Source: Gekko japonicus
Lineage: Eukaryota
DNA length: 64,000 nt
Direction: 5' to 3'
Assembly (NCBI RefSeq): GCF_001447785.1
Contig: NW_015165833.1
Coordinates: 196,837-260,836 of the forward strand
Shown here: positions 1 through 13,000 of the stretch, in pieces
Layout: every line of letters begins with the position of its first letter
Position numbering within the stretch: the stretch's first letter is position 1
Made by a program: the position numbers and the translations under genes
The notes under the pieces: model-generated
The model's input: only the letters and a program-made list of their open reading frames with translations
Database searches by the model: none
Told to the model about the DNA's origin: nothing

Positions 1-492
1 AGTGCCTTCCTTGGCCTGAGTTTTGTGGGTCTCTGGATCAGGATAGAAGTGGGGTGCCCTTGCTATGGGGCTACCTAAGAGTAAAGGCAGCGCCTCTAGC
101 AACAACACGGCGGGCCAATCTCATCCTAAGGTACTGATGCTGACTCAGCATCAGTGCCACCAGTCTGTATGCTACCCTCACTTGATAGTGGAGAAACAGA
201 GTGGGAAAGATCGCCTAATCCCAGATTGCAGAGGCCATAGCAATTGCACCAGAGTTCTCTGTAACCCTACTGCAACCCACCAATCATGCTGTGGCATGCC
301 GGCAATGCCCCTGTGACAGACACTCAGAAATGTCCAACCAGTGCATGCTGACACAGCTATGACCCCACCCATTATTTGACCTAAGGGTGTCTTGGTTTGG
401 GTTTATACAGTACACAGTAGGACTGTGATGGGCTGTAGACACAAGTTGGTATTCTAAGCATTGCTGGGATGTGTGATTTGTTGCTGTGCCCA

Positions 493-828
493 TAGGGTTG
501 CCAAGTGCTTACCTGTTCCGGAGTGGGGGAGTCCAGCCTTGCTCTGTGAGTCTTCGCGCGTGCGCCGCAAGCACGTCACACGGAAGTGATGCAAGCACGT
601 CGGGGATGTTGGGGGCGGGGCCACAATCATCTGAGGGAAATCCATAGAGTTTTCCCTCGGATGATTGTGGCTGTGGCCCCGCCCCCAACATCCCCGACGT
701 GCTTGTGTCACTTCCGTGTGATGTGCTTTGGGGGTGGGGTTCCCCCGGGGGGCCCGATCCGGCGACAGCGGGGAACGGGCCTCCTGGGCGGGGATTTCCC
801 CGCCCCCCGGGGGGACTTGGCATCCCTA
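493..828. mobile_element. hAT-type MITE with long internal palindrome
   Basis: TIR TAGGGTTGCC/GGCATCCCTA, perfect 8-bp TSD TGTGCCCA (485-492, 829-836). Confidence 0.88.
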
Positions 829-971
829 TGTGCCCACCATGTCATGTCAGAATTCCAAATGCGGCTGCAGGCTCAAAAACGTTGGGGTTTTTTTTTTGCT
901 GGTGTACATGATGGCATGGGTTGCTGGTACTGAGGATTGGCTAGGTTCTCCTTCCCTCTCTGTGCCTGCAG

Positions 972-1069
972 GATATGCCTCTACACTCACCGGAGAATGG
1001 CCATCACTGCCGAGGATGTTGGCCTGGACAGGGTTCTACTCATCCAGGAGGGATTTGCAGTGGAAGAAG
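972..1069 (+). CDS. INPP5B: INPP5B exon ([21 protein letters not shown]...EE)
   Basis: cag| acceptor, |gtaga donor; matches human [19 protein letters not shown]. Confidence 0.92.
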
Positions 1070-4000
1070 GTAGAGGCTGTTCGGCCCCTCCAATGTTTGC
1101 CTCCTCCCCTGTGGCTGCCGTACATCCCAGAGGATATCTGTGTGTGGGGGGGAGCTTCCTCTGTTTCCCTTTTGCCTATGTGAAATTTTCAAATGATTCA
1201 GTCCAGCTGAGGAGAGGGATCCATGCCAAATAACAGCTGACAGGCAGCGGGTAGATGCCTTTCTTTTCCCAACAGGTTCAGTAGAAGGCATCGTCCATTC
1301 TTCTGGTTTTTGGGGCAGCCTTCACCCCAAGGCAAGGATTGATCAAGGCAACTCTCTTGTAGCTCCTCCACCAGTAACTGCTTTTCTCTGTATCTTTTGA
1401 CAGTCACTCTGGAGGACGGCCTGCAGATTCCAGGTGAGTGGCTCCGTTAGTACTGTGGTTCCTAACAGGATGATTCCTAAGAAGGGTAATGCCCCCAGAA
1501 TCTTTCAATCAATCTACTTCCTGGCAGGTTAGGCTGCAAAAATTATATGACTATACACATTCTCCACTGAGAGCCAATATGATGGAATGGTAAGAACAAG
1601 AATCTCCAAGGGGGTGCCCCTGGGCTCTCTGGTGCCTGCCAACACCTTTTCTGTGCCCCACAAAATGTTTTTAGAAAGTGGGTGGGGCTTTTGTCAAGCA
1701 AGGCTTCTGACTGGCCATTGGAGATTTGATTGGCTGTGCAGATTTTTAAAGATTGTTGCTTGGGCAGCAGCTGCTACTCCAGCTCTGGGATCTTCACTGT
1801 GTGACTGAAGGTAAGCTGCCCACCATGCTGTGGCAGAATTTGCCTGCCGGGCTCAAAAAGTTTGGGGATCCAGGATTAGAGTGTCAGACCGGGATCTGGA
1901 AGAACCAGGTTTGAATCCCCACTCCTGCCATGAAAGCTGGTCACACACTCTCAGCTTAATCTACCACGCAGGGCTGTTGTGAAAATAAAATGGAGGAGGA
2001 GAATGATGTAAGCCACTTTGGATCTCCACTGAAGAGGAAAGTGGGGTATAAATGAAGTAAATAAATAAAAGAAAATATACATTTTGCACAAAAAGAAACC
2101 CAGATTGTACAGTAGGAATAATTCAGGCCAGCCTGTCTCAGAGGCAGCTGCAGATTCTTCTTAATCTTTATTTATTTATTTTTGGATTTATATCCCGCCT
2201 TCCCCGAAGGCTCAGGGTGGCTAATAACGAGGCACTAGTGCCAGAATTAAAACAGATAAAACAGTCTAAAACAGTAAAACAATATAATACAACAACAAAG
2301 TGTCAGTGCAAGATGGGGTAGATCTTAGTCGAATGGCATTGGTCCCGCAACTTGTCATCCCCTCTCCTTTTGTGTGTGTGCGTGTGTTTGTGAGCCTGGA
2401 AGTCATGGTGACTTCTGGTGACCCCTATTGGAGATAAGAGGTTTCAGAGAGGTGGCTTGATTACCTGCCTCTGTGTCCTGGCCCTGGTATTCCTGGGAAG
2501 TAGGGTTGCCAAGTCCGAATTACCTTTTAGCAGGGAGTCCCGGTCCCCTTCTAGGAGATCTTCGTGCACCGCGATGACATCACCCGGAAGTGACGTTATT
2601 GCGCTGGGCACGTTGGGTTTTCCCTTGAATGATAGAGTGCCCCCCCTGCAACGTACCTGGTACTGGGCACATCTCTGCGATCCCGGCATTTTGGGGATGG
2701 GGGTCCCCCCGGCAGCTCGATCCAGGCTGGTGGGGAACAGACCCATCAAGCGGGGGTTTCCCTACCCCCCTGGGGGACCTGGCAACCCTACTGGGAGGTC
2801 ACCCTTTGAAGTACTAGCCAGGGTCGGCCCTGCTTAGCTTCCAAGATCTGATGAAATTGGGCTTGCCGCAGGGCAGCTGCAGGTTCATAGCTGAAGGTGC
2901 TACATGGCCCCTGCTTGTAACAAGCTCAAGGGCCTTCATTCAGCATTGCCCCACGGTTTAGTTTTGGAGCTGCAGTTGTGTTTAGTGAAGGTCACTTTAG
3001 TCTGCAGTGGGCAAGTGCCAACCATAATAATGTGCATGCTACTCTCCTCTTGTCTCCTCAATGCGCAGGCTCTGATGTTACAGTCCAGATCACCTCAGGC
3101 GGTACCAGCTTGTTGGTGCAGCTGCCTTTTGGCTCACACACCCAGATGTTCCTGCGGGAGGTCAGGAAGCGCTGCGGTCCAGGTAGAATTCCTCACTACT
3201 TCTAGGTGGTGTTGGGCTCATGCTTGCCCCTGACCCCTACCCTTTAATGAGAGGTTCTGAGGTTCTCACCTGTCTGGAAACTCTACTGTCCAGTGTCGAA
3301 ACCTGGGCATGTGAGAGTGAGCGCATGTTACTGGCTCAGTAGTAAAGACATTAAGTCCATGCTGAAAAGCACTGCATACTTTGCCCAGTCTAAGGCTGCA
3401 ACCAAAACCAGTTCTGGAACAAAAGCCCTGGGCTGGCAGCTTGTCTGGGGCCACACAAGGAGCTCTCAACAAAGGTGGCACTTGCAGACAGGTGCCGCCC
3501 AACCCTTCCTTTCTAACTAAAGGGGTTCTGCAAACAGCCTGGGCGGGGCTTGCGGCTTCTTCTGGTCTGTCATGGGGGAGTTCTTTGTCCAGCTGCATGC
3601 CTCTTTCTCCTTGGCCTTCCTGGAGAGCGGAGTCCCTGCAGGATGGCAGGCCTCTTGGGAGGTGAGCAGAGTAAACAGCCTTCCCTGGGAGAAAGCCCTG
3701 CTGGCAAACAGCTGCATACCACAGAAAAGGCCACAGAGGGATTTCTTTGGAGTTGCAGGGCACAAAGATGCAACGGCAGTGGACTCAGAATGGAGCACCA
3801 GTGGTGAGGTCAAGGCTGCCCCCAGGTATGGGCACCAGAAGCATGTGATGTGGTGTGCCTGTGTGTATGGAGAGCACTGCTTGTCGTGGACTGCCTACAG
3901 CCCACTTCCATCCTTCCGGGTTAGGAGACCCAGGGGCAGGCAGTTTGCATCTCAGCCTGGCTGTGTGAAAGAGAAAACGTGGTTGTCTCAGGATTGAACC

Positions 4001-7000
4001 AAGCTGTGGGACCCAGAGTGGGCCTGGCTTGTCAGCCCCAGCTCTCTGTCAGTTTAAGCATCTGACTCCTCTCCTCTCTGCCCCCCTCCCTTGACAGGCC
4101 GAAGACTGCCAGGGAGACGGTCCATTTGTCCCACGTGCCAGCATCTGAGTGGACACAGGACCTGCCCACTCAGTTGTGTGGGCAGAGAGACGGCCTCCTC
4201 CAGTCTTGGCTCAAGCAGAAGGAAGATTCATACACAAACCTCCAGAGCTTTAGGTAATGGCAGTCTGGAGGGATTGGTGGGGAGGGACGTGGCTTTGTGC
4301 CTAAAGAGGTGAAGGTTGTTTGAGGGAGAATGATTCTTTTCCCCTCTACAGTAGCAAGTGGCTGTTCTGCTTAGGCATAGCAGAGGCTGGTGTGGAGAGA
4401 GCAGAGGCTGCTTGCTGGGCCTGTCATGCGGCCAGTGGGGGTGGGCAGAACCCTGCTGCTGCTTGTGACTCTGGGCAGCTCTTCTGTTTCTCTGCAGGTT
4501 TTTTGTTGGGACGTACAATGTGAATGGTCAGTCACCTCGGGAGGGTCTGCAGCCCTGGCTCAGCCAAGAGGAGGAGCCTCCTGATGTCTACTGTGTGGGG
4601 TACGTAAGCCTCGCCTTCCATTTGTAGGCATTTGCTTTCAGACACTCTTAGGGGAATTGGGAGCACCTCAGATCCAGAGTGGGTGCTCTCCAGGGGTCAT
4701 TTCATAGAAAAAGAGGTGCAGGAGCTCATTAGCATAACTCATTAGCATAACTTATTTGCATATCTGTCCTGGCAGAGGAGGAGAGCTTGTACCTGAATAA
4801 AACTTGGTATTAAAGGTGTCACTGGACTGTTTTGGAGGGGGGGCGGGGGGGAGCTCTGCAACTTACCTGGCTGCTTCTTGTTCTGCTTGAGGGCTGCTGG
4901 GAGCAGGGGGTGGGGCTTGTTGCATGTGCCCACCCCCTAGGCTCTTTACTGCCGGAGCTCTGCTCCTGTGCGCTCCTGCAGGAAATGACCCCTGGCGCTC
5001 TCTATGGTAGTGCTTGTGTGTTGCAGTCTGTGGAACTGTGGCCCAAGCTGGGAGTCCTTACCACCACCAAAGTTTCCTGATCCTTCCCAGAAGAGGGAGG
5101 GATCTCCTGCGATATGCGGAAAGACTTCAGAGGGAAGTCAGGTTTTGACACACTCCAGTTCTGAATTGCATTCTAGGAGGGCTCAGCTGCAAGTCCCTGG
5201 GATGCAATGGAGGAACTTTGCATTTGGAAGGGGAAGTCATAATGCCACCTCTCTGGCTGCCCTCCACAACAAGATTTTTTCCATTGCTTCCAAGGCTTGG
5301 TTTTCAGTCTAGCACAAAGTCCCCCGGATATGATGGGGAAATCTCCCATCCTGGGGAGGGGAAGGTCAGACAAGCAACTTTCAAGCCCCCCCCCCGAAAC
5401 ATCTTCACTCAGAAAAGCTGGGGGGNNNNNNNNNNNNNNNNAGAGAAAAAAAAGGGGGGGGGGGGGGAAGAGGCGCAGCTCTGGTCAAGTTTCATCATGC
5501 CCCACATATAGAGGTGTGGCTCATTTCAGTCACTTAAATTCTAATCAGATTGCATTATATATGTACATGCCACTGACTTATAGCAACCCAAGCAAGAGGC
5601 TTTCAAGACAACTGAGAAGCAGAAGTGGCTTGCTTCCAAGATTTCACTAGATCAGATTATACTGTGTTGCCTTTGTGCCCCCCAAACGGCATTGTACATC
5701 TATAATGCAGTGGGCAGATGACAGTCCAGTTTATTTTCTACTGAGGAAGTGATGGGGGGGGGGGCTGCATGTGCCAGGGCTTCTCACCCACAACTTCCTC
5801 TCCTGGATGCAGCTTCCAAGAGCTTGACCTGAGCAAAGAGGCCTTTTTCTTCAATGACACCCCCAAGGAAGAGGAATGGTTCAAGGCTGTCACAAAGAGC
5901 CTTCACCCAGGAGCCAGATATGCCAAGGTAAATTGGGATTAGGCTGCTGAGTGGGCAGGGTTCCCTTGTTTCCTTTCGGTGTCCTGTGACCCACTCACTT
6001 CATTGCATATAGAGTGCAAGAGAAAGTTGACATTTCTGACTACAGCAGGGGAGTGTCTTAAGAGCATGAGGTATACAAAAGGGGGTTAGAAAAAGGCACC
6101 TTGCTGCAGTGTCATTGTGGCATGCCAGCATTTTCTGTTCGATTCACTGGTATGGTATAGCCAGGAATCTCTATCATGTAGCAGAGTGCACAAGGCTTAC
6201 ATGCAACAGCAGCAGTGTGTGCTAGCAAGGTTACATGGTTACACGGAGCCACTTGTCAGTTTCAAACTAATAAGAGTCCTTTATTTAGGGGAACTACATT
6301 TTAGATAGCATAGGTGGGAGAGACAGGGATGGGGTCTACTCTAACTAGCTAGGATGGACGCAGATGCAGAATGCCTGTCCTGCATCCATGGTGCTAAAGA
6401 TGCAGGTTCCTCTTTTGTGTGTGTGAGAGAGATGTGTTAAGCTGGATGGAAGGAAGGAAGTCTTATCCCTAAGAATAGCATTCTACTTCAAAGGGACAGA
6501 ATCACATAGCAGGAAGGAAAGGATGCTCAGTGTATCCTGACCCTCTCTATCTAAATCTATGGTGCTGTCTTTGAGGTCAGAAGACAGCGGGCCCTCCTCC
6601 ACTTCCAAGAAGTTTGTAAGCCGCTCTGAGACTCCCAAGTGAAGGGCGGGGTATAAATCCAATCTCTTCTCTTCTCTTCTCTTCTTCCTATCCCCCATTC
6701 CAAGGTTGCATAGAAGGGCACATGAGGCTGATCCCTCCTTCCCTGCCTCTACCTGGCAAAGAAGCCTAAGGGTTTGTAGTAGAGCATCTATGAACTGGCT
6801 CTGCAGGCAGTTGGAGTTGTCTTGTCAAGGCCCATAATCCCTAGCAGAGCTCTGGGTCTCCCTTTGCACCCTTCTCCTGGGGAGGGGGGTGCAGCAAGCA
6901 TAAACCTTCCCTGCCCCCTTCCATGTTAACAGGTGAAGCTTGTCCGGATGGTTGGGATCCTGTTACTGCTGTACGTGAGGACAGAGCTGGCCATGAACAT

Positions 7001-10000
7001 CTCAGAGGTGGAGGCCGAGACGGTCGGTACAGGCATCATGGGCAGAATGGTGAGGGCTGCCAGGCAGTGTGTGTGCGGGGATTGGGGGTGGCAGGGTCTC
7101 AATCCTGGCTACGCAGGATGGCCTTGCTTGCAATGCCGTGCCTAGACCCTGCCTCAAAGCAGGGCATGGAAGATACAGGCATGTGGATGGATTGTGGCGG
7201 GGTGGAAGAAGACCTTCACGTGCATTATGGACCATTTGTCCCTGGACATATTTAATTGCTCCCTATGGTGGCTGGGATCTAGTTGAGTCCTATAGGGGAC
7301 AGGTGTCAATTGCTGTGTGGAAGGCACTCTGGGTCTTCTCTGGCCTCTGCTAGGCCCCTCCGTGCACCCTCCTGCACACTTCAGAGGCACTTGGAAATCC
7401 TGGACTTCTCATTAGAGCTTCAGCTGCATGGCAAAGATTCTCTGATCTGTGTTCATTGCCATTGCAAATGTGGAGCCATTCATGCTGCCAAGGGAGTAAC
7501 CACAAAGGTGTTTTCTGCACATCCTCCCCCCCCCCCCCCCCCGGGAGGGCTTCCCATTTCTCCTGCAGGTTTTCTCAACACATCACTGGAGAGCTTTCTG
7601 AGGGCTTTTTAAAAATATCAGTCATTGCTGTAGTGATCATGCTATGCCAATTACTGTGTGTGTGTTTTAAAAGACCTGTGGGTGGCCCAGGAAAGCCTGA
7701 TCTTGGCAGATCTTGGAAGCTAAGCAGGGGTGGCCATGTTTAGTACTTGAATGGGAGACCACCAAAGAAGTCCAGGGTCACTATGCAGAGGCAGGCAATG
7801 GCAAAGCACCTCTGAATGTCTCTTGCCTTGAACACCCTATGAGGCCATAATAAGTCAGCTGCTACTTGATGGCACTTTCCACCACTGCTGGTGGCATGGT
7901 ATGGAAAATGGCTTAGTGCCACTTTCCCATTAAGGCAACATGCCAATAAGCTTGGACTTCCTTCTTTCAGACAAGATGGTTAGTAAAACCAAGTTTGATA
8001 GAGGGTGCACCAAAGATGGGGAAACCCAGGAAAATGGAGAATTTCAGGACGGTGCTGTGTGGGTACTCCCATAAACAGTACTCCAAGGTAGAAACAAAGT
8101 CAGAGGAAAAATATCCATTTAGAAGCCACCCACGGCTGTATTCCTGCATGGTAGTGTGCAGGGGGAAAGCATTTGTCTGTCTGTCTGTCTCCCCTACCCC
8201 CGATCCTGCTGCCCAGGGCAACAAGGGTGGGGTAGCCATCAGGTTCCAGCTCCACAACACCACTGTCTGCGTGCTCAACACCCACCTGGCAGCCCACCCT
8301 GAGGAGTATGAGCGGCGGAACCAGGAAGTCCAAGACATCTGTGCCCGCATGCAGTTTCACCAGCTGGAGCCTGGCCACCCACTGCTTGCCATTAATGGAC
8401 ATGAGTAGGTTGGCGAAGGTGGGGAGGGGTCTTATTAGATTGCTTGAGGATGCTGTGCTGTTGCTTGCAAGGAGGCAATTGAAAAGTGTGTTTGTGAATG
8501 TGGGAGCAAACAGCCATCCCTTCCTTTTAAATGATGTCTCCAATAACTCTTTCTCCCCTTGCCTCCTCCTACTTACACAAAACCACACTAGTTGTTGCCT
8601 GGGGAGGAAGGTGGCAGGGTCTAGCCTGATCTCATTAGATCTTGGAAGCTAAGCAGCGCCAGTACAAAGGAAGTACGTCTTCACTAGGGATAGGTATGAA
8701 CCAGCTCATGAACAAAAGTTCATGACGAATTTTGGGCAGTTCACGAACTGAAGAGCTGCTATGAACTTCCACGAATTTTAAGGCTCTGAGCCATTTAAAC
8801 CCCTGCTTTCTGCTCTTCAGGGGGAAAAAAAACAGCTGAGCAGCAGGGAGCAGAAAGCAGGGGTTTAAATGGCTCAGAGCAGGGGTTTAAATGGCTCAGA
8901 ATGCCGCCCTACTTTCCCACCTCCATGGCAATCTCCACATGGGCAAAAGCCACTTGGAGAGAAGATATTTTAGCAGTAAAACTACCTGAGGGAAGAGGGT
9001 GATGCCACCCTCTGCTCAAGATTTCAGCCTCCCGCAGCTGCTTTTCACTTTTTAAAAAAGCCAACAAGAGACTGTTGGATTCATCTGCAGAATAAAGCCT
9101 AGTTTGGACCCCAGTTGCATTTCGCACTTACAGCCACAGGCAGGAATGACGGATGAAGGAAGAAGGCTTTAGGGGCTGCATGGGGGGGGGGGGTGTTTCC
9201 CTCCCTGCTTTGCCTCCTCTCTTCCCCAGCAACCTGCTCTAGTGGAGCAGTGTGTTCACCGTCAGCCTGCCAAAGGCATTGCTTGTCTTCAGCGCCTTTC
9301 TTTTTCTCAGTGTTGTCTTGTGGTTGGGAGACCTGAACTACCGGCTGGAGGAGCAGGACACAGAGCAGGTGAAGAAGCTGGTCCAGGCTCGGGACTTCCA
9401 AGTCCTTCATCAGCACGACCAGGTACCCAAGGAGTTTTTCTGGGGCAGGCAGCTGTGCTTTCTTCTTGGGTGCAGGGCAGAGGAGGCTACTTGGGAAGCG
9501 GCTGGAGTGCCATGGCTGCTTCAAGGCTTCTTTGCTTTATTTAACCTGGACCAGAGAACGAGTCTTGCATAGGGGTTACAGCAGCGGTCTTCAGTGTGGG
9601 ACCACTGATGTGCTTCTTGAGTCTCAGGGACAAATTCTAAATGGGCCTGAATGGACCAGAAACAGCCCTGGGATACTCTCAGACCGATGGCTGTCAAACA
9701 ATGAACTGAGCTCACCCCAGACAGGCACACTGACACATAAGAAGAGCCCTGCTGGATCAGACCAGTGGTCCATCTAGTCCAGCATCCCATCTCACACTGT
9801 GGCCAAATAGGTCCTCTGGAGGGCCAATAACAGGGCATAGAGGCTGAGACCTTCCCCTGATGTTGCCTCCAGGTTGGTGTAGTGGTTAAGTGTGCAGACT
9901 CTAATCTGGGAGAACCGGGTTTGATTCCCCAGTCCTCCACTTGCACCTGGCTGGATGACCTTGGGCAAGCCATAGTTCTGTCAGAAGTGTTCTTGAAAAA

Positions 10001-13000
10001 GATCAGTTTCTCTCAAAGTTCTCTCAGCCCCACCTACCTCACAGGGTGTCTGTTGTGGGGAGGAGAAGGGAAAGGAGTTTGTAAGCCGCTCTGAGACTCC
10101 TTTGGGTAGTGAAGGGCGGGGTATAAATCCAATCTCTTCTTCTCCTGGCACTGGGATTCAGAGATATACTGCTTCTGAATGTGGTAGCCACTGACAGACC
10201 TCCATGAATTTGTAAACTTCAGTGAACTACATGCTGCTGCTATTAAATCCTGGAGATTGCAGAATGGGTACAATGATGAAGAATTCAAATTGGAAGGGTA
10301 TGGATGTCTTGGGGAAATGTATTTGCATTCCAGCCTCCCAACTGAGGCTAGTAGAAGGTAAAGTGCATATTCCTCCAGCTGGAGCTGGCTTTAGCCTGCT
10401 GGCCATTCTCCTCCAGAGCAAGAGAAGAGGGCAGGTCAGAGCTCCGTCTGGTATTTCCGGTCCTCATCATTTTGTCCTCTCCTGCTCCTAGCTGAAGATT
10501 CAGATGGATGCCAAGCTGGTCTTTGAAGGCTTCCAGGAGGGAGAGATCTCCTTCCAGCCAACCTACAAATACAACCCTGGCTCTGATGACTGGGACGACA
10601 GGTAGGCCAAGCTGGAGTGTGGCGTAGCATCATGGTTACTTTGCTTTTTGAGTGTTGCCTTCTCCAGTTAAAAGACAAAATGTGAGAACAGCTATAAGAT
10701 GGTCAGAAAGGCATTGAAATCACTGCAGTGTTTTGCACAGGAAAAGAAGACTTAAAGCAAGGGAAGTCCTAACGCAACAGCCAAGTTCTTGCACCCAGCT
10801 GGAATCTTGGTGTTTAAATGCCGCTTTGGAGAGGACGCACCAAGCGAGCTTATGGTGCCCCTGATCGGTTGGGGGTGGAGGGGCAAGGGAAGCTGAGAGA
10901 CAAAAACACAAATGCTGTGTATTGAAAGTGACATTCTTGATGGTGGGAGGCTGGCCTTTCCTGCTAGAGTTTATGGCAGCCTCCTGCTGGTGGAAAGTGC
11001 CCTTGAGTCAAAGCTGACTTATGATGACCCCATAGGGTTTTCAAGGCAAGAGGTGGGTTGCCATTGCCTGCCTCTGCATAGCCACCCTGCATTTCCTTGG
11101 TGGTCTCCCATCCAAGAATTAACCAGGGCCAACCCTGCTTAGCTTCCAAGATCTGATGAAATAGGGCTATAGACTCCCTGGGACAGTTCAAAATCAGGAC
11201 TGGAAATAAAATATGTTATGCTGCAGCAGACAAAATTCACTGCTGGTGGTGAAAAGTGCCATAAAGCCTCAGTTGACTTATGGTGATCCTGCAAGAAGTT
11301 TTCAAGGCAAGAGACAGAGATGGTTTACCATTGCCTGTAGGTGTAGCAACCCTAAGGTTGCCTTGGTGGTCTCCCATCCAAGTAGTAATCAGGGCTGGCC
11401 CTGCTTAGTGCCCCAGCTCTGATGAGATCGGGCTAGCCTGGGCCATCCAGGTCACCAGTAAGAATTTGCACCCAGGTGTAAATCTGCACCTTGCTTGCTT
11501 TTGCCCAGGGAGATGAAATGGGCAAATTCCTCTGCTGTGACTAGCCCAGGGCTAATGTTTGTATCACATATGCATTCAAATTAGGCAAGTTCATGAGTGC
11601 CAACAAAAACCAGCGCAACAGCATTCATAGCCATTTCCATGTGTCCCTAGAATCACTTCTGCCACCATCCATCATGGTGACCTATACTGTTAATATGGCC
11701 TCATTAGCCACCCACAGAAGGCACCAATCAGAATTCAGCTTTGGCCACAACCAGTAAAGTTCTAACAATGGCCACTCATCTCACTAGCTGGCTGTAAGGG
11801 AACAGCCAGCAGTATCTCCCCTGACTGCTGCCATATGCAGGTCAGCAGCTGGCAATTCTACAACTACTAGCCCTGCAAGCCTCCCAGTCAGGAGCTCGAA
11901 TGCCCTAGCAGCAGCCTCCAAACAAACCTTCCTTTTGCCAGGGAAAACTTACAGGGCCACTCAAAACTGACCAGAGATAAGTAATATTCAAGGTTAATTA
12001 CTTGGAATCTACACACAGCTTTATAAATATTTGTCCAAGCCAGGAAAGGCTGAGATAGTTGGAAGTGACCTGGAGGCAGCATCTGATCTTTCCAAGGGAC
12101 TTTCCCAAACAAGCATAACCCACTTTATTTAAGATGGGTAACCATGTAAGTCTGTCTGTAGCAGTAGAAAAGAGCAAGATTCCAGTAGCACCTTAAAGAC
12201 TAACAACATTTGTGGCAGGGGCGGAGCTTTTGTGAGTCACTGCTCACTGTGAGCAGTGACTCACAGTCACAAAATGTCATACCATTCCACAAATTTTGTT
12301 AGTCTTCAAGGTGCTATTGGACTCTTACTCTTTTCTACTTCCACTTCATTTAGCATTTTATCAATAAGTACACAGACTCTGACCTGGATAGCCCAGGCAA
12401 GCCCAATCTCATTGGATCTTGGAAGCTAAGCAGGGCCGACCCTGGTAAGTATTTAGATGGGAGACTGCCAGAAAATACCAGGGCCGGGAGGCAGAGGCAG
12501 GCTATCAAGCCACTTCTCTGAATGTCCTCCATGCCCCAGTAGGAGTCACAGGAGGTCACCACACACACACAAATACCTTTTAAAAACAAAAGTACACAGG
12601 AAGCTGCCTTCTACTGGGTCAAACCATTGGCCTATCTAGGTCAGTCTTGTCTCCTCTGACTGGAAGCGCCTCTCCAGGGTCTCTATTCAAGGTCTTTCAC
12701 ATCACTTGCTACCTCATCCTCTTAACTGGAAATTCCAGGTATTGAACTTGGGACCTTCTGCATGCCTAGGAGATGCTCTCCCGCCCTCCCCTAAGTAGGA
12801 ACATTCTTGTTCTTTTAGCATTGAGCTGTGGGCCGTTGCTACCAATGAGCCATGTGATTAGTCTCCCCTAGTAACAAAAGACACAGTGAAGGGTTCAGTA
12901 CATCTCTGACCTGTGCAGTTTCAAACGCACATGACTGCATGTGCTTTAGTCTCCACCAGAGCTAGTCTGTATCCCTTCTCCTAGTTCTATATCAGGAGGG

